Made by a program: the position numbers and the translations under genes. From Anaerolineae bacterium (GTDB taxonomy: Bacteria; Chloroflexota; Anaerolineae; UBA1429): a DNA stretch of 64,000 nucleotides. The stretch lies in assembly GCA_963675785.1 (NCBI GenBank), contig OY776562.1:1888001-1952000 (forward strand). The letters are read 5' to 3'. Below are positions 28,594-36,300 of the stretch, in pieces (positions within the stretch are counted from its first letter, which is position 1; every line of letters starts with the position of its first letter). The notes under the pieces are model-generated. The model saw nothing but the letters and a program-made list of their open reading frames with translations, was not told the DNA's origin and did no database searches.

Positions 28594-29238
28594 ATGTCTG
28601 CTAGAACACGTCACCTCATCGTTTTGGTGGTGCTCTCTCTCGTCCTTTCAGCCTGCGCCAGTCAGAGCACGATCGATGTGGATACGGCAATATCTGAAGG
28701 CACACAACTGCTCGAAGAGGGCGATGCCTCTGCTGCACTGAAAGCATTGGCCGGCGTTTCAGATGCTGATGCTACAGCCGAGATATGGTATCTGCGGGGC
28801 AATGCCTATGCCAGTTTGGGTGAAACGGAGAATGCTCGCGATGCATATAAAACAGCGCTCGAGCTAGACGCCTCACTTACAGATGCACAAGCCAACCTCG
28901 GCGTTGTACTCTATGAGCTAAGCGATTTTGAGGGGGCCGAAACCCAGTTTCGTGCAGTAGTAGAAGCACAGCCCAATGATGCCGACCTGCACTATAACCT
29001 GGGCGGCGTGCTCCTTGCCCTGGGCCAACTGGAAGAGGCTGAAGCCGAGCTGAAACTGGCCATCTCTCTCGATGAAACACTTGCCGAGCCCTATTTGGGT
29101 CTGGGCACGCTTTACGAACTGACTGGCGATAACGAAGCGGCCATTGATGCATATATAAAGTTCATCGAACTCTCTGATGACAGCTATTGGATCGAACAGG
29201 CCAACGCTGCTATTACCCGACTAGAGATCGCCCAGTGA
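28594..29238 (+). CDS. TPR-repeat lipoprotein
   Basis: Lipobox LSAC; about four TPR units (WYLRGNAY, ANLGVVL, HYNLGGVL, YLGLGTLY). Confidence 0.85.
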   Translation: MSARTRHLIVLVVLSLVLSACASQSTIDVDTAISEGTQLLEEGDASAALKALAGVSDADATAEIWYLRGNAYASLGETENARDAYKTALELDASLTDAQANLGVVLYELSDFEGAETQFRAVVEAQPNDADLHYNLGGVLLALGQLEEAEAELKLAISLDETLAEPYLGLGTLYELTGDNEAAIDAYIKFIELSDDSYWIEQANAAITRLEIAQ

Positions 29239-30500
29239 TGCCAGCAGTCAATCGCGGCAAGGCACGATACAATGCCCGCATCCTCGCCGATACAGGCCGG
29301 GATGTCCGCCAGGATATGGTATTAGCCGGCATCTCGTCGGCTGGCATCGAGATTATGGCCCCCAAGGCGCGCCAATTGGTCATCCAGGTCGAAGCGCTGC
29401 CCATGGCAGCAGCGGCCATCCTCAAGCAAGAGATGCTGGCCAAAGGCGGCGACGCCGCCATCGCCGGATCCATCTATCTGGGAAGCGAGCGTACCACTGA
29501 CGCCATCCTCATGGGGTCACTGCGCACCATACAGCGCATGCTAGATACCCTGGCTATGCAGCCGCTACCCAGCCTGCAGGCACTCTACCACGAATTGAGC
29601 GCACTGCTCGATACCCTGCAACCCTCCAGACCTCCCGCAATGGTAGTACGCGACGCTGTCTTCGTTTGGGGCACGTGCACCTATATCATGGGCATTCTCA
29701 ATGCCACACCCGATTCTTTTTCCGGTGATGGCCTGTTACAAAAGGCAGACCCGGTTCAGACTGCTGTAGCCCAAGCCCGGGCATTTACAGAAAATGGTGC
29801 CGACATTCTCGATATTGGCGGCGAATCCACCCGCCCTGGCGCCCCACAAGTATCACCTCAGGAAGAGCAGGCGCGCGTGGTGCCCATCATCAGGGCCATC
29901 CGCGAACAGCTTGATGTGCCCATCTCCATCGATACCTACAATGCCGAAACTGCGGCCGCAGCCCTAGATGCCGGAGCCGACATCATTAACGACGTGCGTG
30001 CACTGTACGAGCCAGGCATGGTCGAATTGGCTGCTGAACGCGGGGTCCCCGTCATTTTGATGCACAACAGGCTATCCGCCTCAGTACAAGAGACAGAGAC
30101 GCTAGGAAATCGCTACCTCGGCACCCAGTACGGCAATCTCATCGCCGATGTGCTACGCGATTTGCGCACCGCCGTAGAACGCGCAGCACAAGCTGGTGTC
30201 TCGCGCGAACGTATGATCATCGATCCGGGTGTGGGGTTTGGAAAAACCACGGCGCAAAACCTGGCACTGCTAAATGAGCTAAATCAGTTCACAGCCCTGG
30301 GTTTGCCTCTTTTACTGGGTGCGTCCAACAAATCATTCATCGGCTATACGCTGGATGCACCGCAAGGGCAAAGGCTGATGGGCACTGCCGCTGCCAATGC
30401 CGTCGGCATTCTACACGGCGCCGACATCATTCGCGTGCACGATGTTCGCGAAATGGCCCAATTGGCCAAAATGTGCGACGCCATTGCGAGGCGCAGCTAG
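29238..30500 (+). CDS. folP: Dihydropteroate synthase with an N-terminal extension
   Basis: IMGILNATPDSFSGDG, DIGGESTRPG, IDPGVGFGK, GASNKSF, IIRVHDV. Confidence 0.93.
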   Translation: MPAVNRGKARYNARILADTGRDVRQDMVLAGISSAGIEIMAPKARQLVIQVEALPMAAAAILKQEMLAKGGDAAIAGSIYLGSERTTDAILMGSLRTIQRMLDTLAMQPLPSLQALYHELSALLDTLQPSRPPAMVVRDAVFVWGTCTYIMGILNATPDSFSGDGLLQKADPVQTAVAQARAFTENGADILDIGGESTRPGAPQVSPQEEQARVVPIIRAIREQLDVPISIDTYNAETAAAALDAGADIINDVRALYEPGMVELAAERGVPVILMHNRLSASVQETETLGNRYLGTQYGNLIADVLRDLRTAVERAAQAGVSRERMIIDPGVGFGKTTAQNLALLNELNQFTALGLPLLLGASNKSFIGYTLDAPQGQRLMGTAAANAVGILHGADIIRVHDVREMAQLAKMCDAIARRS

Positions 30501-30501
30501 C

Positions 30502-31008
30502 ATGGCTCGGGCTTATCTGGGCGTAGGCACAAATTTGGGTGATCGCGTGGCCAACATCGAACGCGCCTATGCTCTGCTCGACAGGAGCGATTGTGCCGTT
30601 TTGGCCACCTCGCCGCGTTACGAAACAGAGCCCTGGGGCGTTATCGATCAACCCTGCTTTTTAAACGCCGCTTGCCTTATCGAAACGCTTCTCGAACCGC
30701 TCGAACTACTGCGTACGCTCAAGGGAATCGAAAAGGAAATGGGGCGAGAACCCACTATTCGCTTTGGCCCCCGTCCCATCGATCTCGATATCCTTTTGTA
30801 TGACAATCTAGTCATGTGCACACCAGAGCTATCCATTCCCCACAAAGGTATGCTAGAACGCAGCACGGTGCTTGTACCTCTAAACGACATCGCCCCGACA
30901 GTCATACATCCACTGACGGGGCGATCCATTGCGGCACATCTACAGGAATTGGGTGCTATTGGTGGGCTGGCGCCATATCCTCCGGGTTTGTCTCCGCAGG
31001 CGCATTAA
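30502..31008 (+). CDS. folK: 6-hydroxymethyl-7,8-dihydropterin pyrophosphokinase
   Basis: AYLGVGTNLGDR, YETEPWG, FLNA, FGPRPIDLDILLY. Confidence 0.95.
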   Translation: MARAYLGVGTNLGDRVANIERAYALLDRSDCAVLATSPRYETEPWGVIDQPCFLNAACLIETLLEPLELLRTLKGIEKEMGREPTIRFGPRPIDLDILLYDNLVMCTPELSIPHKGMLERSTVLVPLNDIAPTVIHPLTGRSIAAHLQELGAIGGLAPYPPGLSPQAH

Positions 31009-34000
31009 ATACATCACCTATGGCCGTATCCGATTGGAGCAGGTCGTTGTAAATGATCCGCGACCGGGACAGCTCTTCTTTGGCACTATCAAACTGACCT
31101 ACTTCATCCAGTAGATCCGAGAGCTCACGATGGGTTTCTGCCGTATTGAGCTGATCGCCCGCCTCTTGATAAATCTGCAGCGCCTCTCTCAGGTAGCGCT
31201 CGGCCACATTCCATTTGCCATCCAAGCGAGCGATGCCTGCGTACACCCGGCTGACATCGGCAATGCCTGGGGAAAAGCCCAAACGCGCAAAACATCGCTG
31301 TGCCTTGCGGCAATTATCACGGGCCTCGTGCATCTGCTTGAGTACCAGATATGTTTCCGCCAAGTGCAGATAGAGTACGCCCTGCTCATGAACATCGGGA
31401 ATCTTGCCCAACGCACTCAACGATTGCTGATAGCAATCAAGGGCCTGGCCATAATCTTGCAGGGTATAGTAAGAAAAACCCAGATTGCTCAATCCCCGGC
31501 TTACATCCAAGGGCTTGTCCAGATGGGCAAAAGTTTCGATAGAGCACTTGTATAGTTCAATAGCTTTTTCTACGTTCCCATGGGCATTATTAATAATGGC
31601 CAGGTTGCCAAGGACGCGTGCCTGAAGTATCTCCAGTTTTTGTTCCTTGGTAACAGCCAGGGCTATCTCTAACCGTGCAAGAGCATTCTGCCAGTCTCCG
31701 CCCTCAAAATCCATGAACCCGAGGCTCATGAGTGCGTCAGCTCGTCCCTTGTGATAACCTGTCTCTTCTGCCTTGTACAAACTCTGCCTGGCCTGGGCCT
31801 GAGCTTCATCCCACTTGCCACTGCGCCCCAGCAGTCGGGCGACTGCCAACATCACATCAGCTTCAGATTCGCCATCCTGTAGGGTTCGGCTAAGAGCAAG
31901 AGCTCGCTCATAGGTTTCAAGTGCACGATCCAGCTTGCCGAGGATGACATACAAACCACCCAGACGCTCAGCAAGATCGCGTTCTGTGCATGGATCGTTT
32001 TCATCTGGCATTTGATCAAGAAGCCTGAGAGCAGAAGCCAGGTACTCGGATGCTTCAGCGATAGCTTGGGCTTGCTCGGCACGATCGGCGGCAGCGCAAG
32101 AATAATGAAAGCCGTGCTCTACATCGCCGCCCTCGACATAGTGGCGGGCCAATTGATAGGTATAGTCATCCAATTCATCAGCATAGTTCTGTTCGATAAC
32201 CTGGGCGACCATGAGATGGCACTCGCGAGCCAACGCAGGTGGTAATTCCTGATAGATGATCTCGCGAATTTTGTTATGGGCAAACTGAAAACCGTGCTCG
32301 TCTGATTCAATGAGGCCGTAACGCTGCTCTAGTGCGTGCAGTCGCTTCATCACAGTCAGTCGCGTGCCCCCGACAAGGTGTTGGAGCAAGGAGACGTCAA
32401 TGCGCTGACCAAGGATAGAGCCCCAGTCGAGCATATCCCGCTCATCGTCGCCAGTACGCTCGATGCGGCGCATCACAATGTCATACACACTGCCAGGAAT
32501 ATCGCAATCCTCAACCGAGCCAGCCAACCGCCATTGACCATCCTGCTGAATGAGCACATTTTGCTCGCGCAGTAGAGAGAGCATTTCGAGTAGGTAGAAG
32601 GGGTTGCCCTCGCATTCCGTCACCAAGAGATCGGCGAGATCGGGGGCGATCATGTCCACGTTCAACGCATAGGCAGCCATCTCTTCAGCATCCTGATGGC
32701 TAAGGGGCTTGAGCCGAATGCTGCGGAAAAGCTTTTCGCGACTCATGCGTTGTTCGGTTTCTCGCAACGGATGCCGCTCACCACCAATACCTGGAAGCAC
32801 GTCCTCTGGGCGGAAGGTGCCGATCAACAGAATGCGCTGCCCCTGGCAGGCACGAGCCAAATAGTGGAACAACTGTAATGTGGTAAGGCTCGCCCACTGG
32901 AGGTCATCTACTACCAACAGCACGGGCCAGAGCTTGGAAACAGCTGTCAGAAAGCGACTAAAGAGCTCAAATACCTGGTTTTGCCCACGAGCCTGAGCCA
33001 ATTCTGCGAGCCAATCGTTTGCCGTGGCCGTCCCTACAGCCTGGCGCATTCCCCAAATGGATTGCAATCCTTCAAGGAAGGACTGAATTTCGGCTTCACG
33101 AGTGTCACTCAGGTCGCGCGGACGATCGTACCAGAATTCGGCAAACTGACGCACTACACCGACAAAGGGCGAATAGGGGTCTGGCGTGTCACCATAGAGG
33201 CAGGTACCAATTAGGCAGCGAGCGTTTTGGGCCGTTTGTTGCTGCAATAGTTCACGAACGAGGCGCGTTTTCCCCGTGCCAGCCTCGCCAACAATCATGC
33301 AGGTGCTACCTGCGCCACTGGCCGCCCTACCAGCCGCCTCTGCCAATTCAAAGAGTTCTGCAGCACGCCCCACAAGCGGCACGACACCTGCAGTTAGTGG
33401 TTCACCATGAACAGTTGTGGGCGCAAGGCAAGCTACAGAGATAGCCTCGCCAGAAAGCAAGGCTGCAAGGTCTGTCTCTACCTGAGAGGCGCAAGCAGGT
33501 CGCAATTCGGGGTTCTTGTTGAGCAAGCTACCAATGAGTGCATCCAACGCCTCGGGCAGATCGCGGTTGAAGGAGCGGATGCTTTCGTGGTCTTCGTTGA
33601 GCAGCTTGTAAATAACGGCAATGGCCGTCGGGCCAATAAATGGTGGCTGCCCAACTACCATCTCGTACAGTACGGCACCAAGGGCGTACAGGTCAGAAGC
33701 GGGAGTAACTGGTTTACCCACTGCTTGTTCGGGCGAGAGGTAATAGACCGTGCCCATGATGGTGCCAGTGCGGGTCATACTGGAGGCATCGCTGAGATGC
33801 GCCAAACCAAAGTCAGATAATCGAGGAAGCCCATCACCGCCAAAGAGGATATTTCCAGGCTTTATATCGCGATGGATGATATTTGCATCGTGTGCCTGCT
33901 GCAGTGCAGAAGCAAGCTGGCGGGTAATATCGACTGCTTCACGCCAGTCTATTGTGGCACCAGCTAGGCGTTCTTTGAGGCTGCCACCTTCGGCCAATTC

Positions 34001-34255
34001 CATGGCCAAATAGCGTTGATCATCGGCCAAGCCGGCATCATACACGCGCACAATGTTGGGGTGGTTGAGCCGAGAAAGGGCCTTGGCCTCGCGCGTAAAG
34101 CGCAGCACCATAGCCGGCTCAGCTCGTTCACTAAGGACCTTGAGGGCAACCACTTGGCCAGAAACAAGGTCATGTGCTCGATAGACCTCGGCAGCTGCAC
34201 CGACACCCAACAACTCTTCAACTCTGTAATGCCCCAAAACCGATTCGATATTCAT
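30956..34255 (-). CDS. Hanks-type Ser/Thr kinase fused to a STAND-like AAA ATPase and a TPR region
   Basis: VALKVL, HRDIKPGN, DFG, YLSPEQ; LVGRAAEL, GEAGTGKT, VVDDLQWA, EGNPFY; C-terminal TPRs. Start uncertain (34255 or 34282). Confidence 0.9.
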   Translation of the reverse strand: MNIESVLGHYRVEELLGVGAAAEVYRAHDLVSGQVVALKVLSERAEPAMVLRFTREAKALSRLNHPNIVRVYDAGLADDQRYLAMELAEGGSLKERLAGATIDWREAVDITRQLASALQQAHDANIIHRDIKPGNILFGGDGLPRLSDFGLAHLSDASSMTRTGTIMGTVYYLSPEQAVGKPVTPASDLYALGAVLYEMVVGQPPFIGPTAIAVIYKLLNEDHESIRSFNRDLPEALDALIGSLLNKNPELRPACASQVETDLAALLSGEAISVACLAPTTVHGEPLTAGVVPLVGRAAELFELAEAAGRAASGAGSTCMIVGEAGTGKTRLVRELLQQQTAQNARCLIGTCLYGDTPDPYSPFVGVVRQFAEFWYDRPRDLSDTREAEIQSFLEGLQSIWGMRQAVGTATANDWLAELAQARGQNQVFELFSRFLTAVSKLWPVLLVVDDLQWASLTTLQLFHYLARACQGQRILLIGTFRPEDVLPGIGGERHPLRETEQRMSREKLFRSIRLKPLSHQDAEEMAAYALNVDMIAPDLADLLVTECEGNPFYLLEMLSLLREQNVLIQQDGQWRLAGSVEDCDIPGSVYDIVMRRIERTGDDERDMLDWGSILGQRIDVSLLQHLVGGTRLTVMKRLHALEQRYGLIESDEHGFQFAHNKIREIIYQELPPALARECHLMVAQVIEQNYADELDDYTYQLARHYVEGGDVEHGFHYSCAAADRAEQAQAIAEASEYLASALRLLDQMPDENDPCTERDLAERLGGLYVILGKLDRALETYERALALSRTLQDGESEADVMLAVARLLGRSGKWDEAQAQARQSLYKAEETGYHKGRADALMSLGFMDFEGGDWQNALARLEIALAVTKEQKLEILQARVLGNLAIINNAHGNVEKAIELYKCSIETFAHLDKPLDVSRGLSNLGFSYYTLQDYGQALDCYQQSLSALGKIPDVHEQGVLYLHLAETYLVLKQMHEARDNCRKAQRCFARLGFSPGIADVSRVYAGIARLDGKWNVAERYLREALQIYQEAGDQLNTAETHRELSDLLDEVGQFDSAKEELSRSRIIYNDLLQSDTAIGDVFNAPAETNPEDMAPAHQ

Positions 34256-34299
34256 AGCCCGCTGCGGATTTGAACCCGCCAACTAACATAAAGCCCAAA

Positions 34300-35673
34300 C
34301 TAACACTGCGAATCAACACAGGGTAGACTGATGGTGAATTGCGTTCCGATACCAAGTTCCGACGCCACTTTGATAGTCCCCCCGTGGGCCTCAACAATGC
34401 TCTTACACACACTCAGCCCCAGGCCAATACCATTCTCTTTGGTTGTAAAGAAAGGTTCAAAGAGAGATTGGAGATTCTCGGGTGAAATGCCCACGCCTGT
34501 ATCGGCAACGGTTGCCTTGACCTCGCCCTCCTCACAGCATGTAGTAATAAGCAATTTACCGCCTTCAGCCATGGCCTGTACCGCATTGGTAACCAAGTTA
34601 ATAAACACTTGCTGAATCTGGTCTCCATCGGCTAACACCATAGTGCCTTCTGGAGAGAACGAGGTCTCTACGACGACAGTCTCGGGTCTCTGCACTCGAG
34701 CAAGTGTTTCAGAAAGCAAGTCATTCACATCGGTACGGTCCATCTGTCGGGGGCGATTCCGCGAGAAGAAGAGCAAATCGTTGATGATTTTGTTCTGGCG
34801 GTCGATCTCGCTGTCAATCTTTTGGATATAACGCCCAAAGAGCTCGCTAGAAAAATCCTCTTCTTTCTCCACAAGCCTTTCGAGGAAAAAGAGTGAAGCA
34901 CGCATGACCATAAGTGGATTGCGAAGTTCGTGTGCTACGCTTGCCGAGAGGCGTCCCACTGCTGCAAGGCGCTCTGCCTGAACAAGCTGTTCCTGGGTTT
35001 CCTTGAGCTCTTGCATAGCCGCTTGCAGTCGCTCGTTGGAATCTACGGCATCTTGGTACAAGCGCGCATTGCGAATGGCCAAGGCCGCCTGAGATGACAT
35101 GGCTTGCAACAAGTGCAGATCGGGTTCACCGAAAAAACGCTCACTAATCAGCGTATCCACATAAATAGCGCCCAAGCATTGCCCCAAGGCAGTGAGCGGT
35201 ACTGCCAATACCGAACGAATCTGCTGGGAGATGATACTCTGGCTCAGCTCAAAACGGCCATCATCTTGCACATTCGTAGTAAGAATGGGCGCTCCACTCT
35301 CTATTACCTTACACACGAGACTCGTGCTATAGGCATCATCGGGGTTCTCTGGGTCAAAGTGTCGAGCTGCAGCGATATCTCTTTCGCCTTGATCGTTAAC
35401 TAGCACAACATAGCCGCGTTCGGCACCAACAAGCCCTGTTGCGCGTTCAATAATCATGTGCAACAGTTCGGAAAGTTGGAATGACGAAGCCATCAAGCCA
35501 GCAACCTCGTAGAGTAGGGCCAGTTCACGGCGCTCTTCATCCGTTGCTGCAGCTAAACGCACAGCTTCTTGAGCCATCCTGATGTGTTCGTCAGATGGCG
35601 CCTTACCTGCCTGTACCAGGCTTTGTATCTCGTTGGAAAGCTCCAACAGGATTTGTTTGAACGAATCTGCCAT
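34300..35673 (-). CDS. Cytoplasmic GAF-domain sensor histidine kinase
   Basis: GAF (RSVLAVPL..GAIYVD), H-box AHELRNPL, NAVQA, DTGVG, FFTTK, GLGL. Confidence 0.92.
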   Translation of the reverse strand: MADSFKQILLELSNEIQSLVQAGKAPSDEHIRMAQEAVRLAAATDEERRELALLYEVAGLMASSFQLSELLHMIIERATGLVGAERGYVVLVNDQGERDIAAARHFDPENPDDAYSTSLVCKVIESGAPILTTNVQDDGRFELSQSIISQQIRSVLAVPLTALGQCLGAIYVDTLISERFFGEPDLHLLQAMSSQAALAIRNARLYQDAVDSNERLQAAMQELKETQEQLVQAERLAAVGRLSASVAHELRNPLMVMRASLFFLERLVEKEEDFSSELFGRYIQKIDSEIDRQNKIINDLLFFSRNRPRQMDRTDVNDLLSETLARVQRPETVVVETSFSPEGTMVLADGDQIQQVFINLVTNAVQAMAEGGKLLITTCCEEGEVKATVADTGVGISPENLQSLFEPFFTTKENGIGLGLSVCKSIVEAHGGTIKVASELGIGTQFTISLPCVDSQC

Positions 35674-35682
35674 GACTGTTTC

Positions 35683-36039
35683 CTAGATCATCAGGAGCGG
35701 CAAAAAAGATGCCACATCCAACGGTTTACGAAATACGGCTTCTGCCCCCTCGCTCATTGCTTCTTGAGCAAGCTCACCGCCATCAAACCCGGTAATCATG
35801 ATAACGCGAATGGTAGGGGCAAGTTTCTTGATGGCTCGAAGGGTATCCACGCCGTTCATACCTGGCATACGAAGGTCAAGCAAGGCAAAATCAAAATTTT
35901 CTGTTGAACACAGCCGCACAGCCTGTTCGCCACTAGTCGCAACGCTGACTTGATATCCTTCGAGAGTGAGAATATCTCTCATCGTCTCTCCGATGCCGGG
36001 GTCATCGTCAACGACCAGCACATTCGAAAAATCGCTCAT
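35683..36039 (-). CDS. Single-domain response regulator (receiver only)
   Basis: VVDDD, LLDLRMPGMNG, MITG, KP. Confidence 0.92.
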   Translation of the reverse strand: MSDFSNVLVVDDDPGIGETMRDILTLEGYQVSVATSGEQAVRLCSTENFDFALLDLRMPGMNGVDTLRAIKKLAPTIRVIMITGFDGGELAQEAMSEGAEAVFRKPLDVASFLPLLMI

Positions 36040-36173
36040 GCCCTACCGTCCTCTTAAAGGTACTTCTTTTGCCTAGTCAGTATAACTAGCCCCCGGTCAG
36101 ATGCCGTTAGAATAGCGTAAAGGTAGAGTATGAAGAGGTATGTGATATGTAAACATCTTATCTTGTTGATTTC

Positions 36174-36202
36174 TTGTCACCTCTTTGACCATGTGTTAGA
36201 AT
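36174..36202 (+). promoter_or_regulatory. Sigma70-like promoter for the glycoside hydrolase pair
   Basis: TTGTCA-17-TAGAAT. Confidence 0.6.
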
Positions 36203-36300
36203 CGGCGCGACTACTGACATACTCAATGAGGATATAGATACCCCATCTTCGTATCGTTTATGCCAACCCGCGGAGTAGAAACAAGGAGCACTGACCAAGG

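Noticed and set aside
30956-31008. 53-bp convergent overlap of folK and the kinase gene
   Set aside because: Short tail-to-tail overlaps are common; no sign of function
36141-36156. Possible CRP-like site TGTGA-N6-AACAT
   Set aside because: Second half-site does not match TCACA
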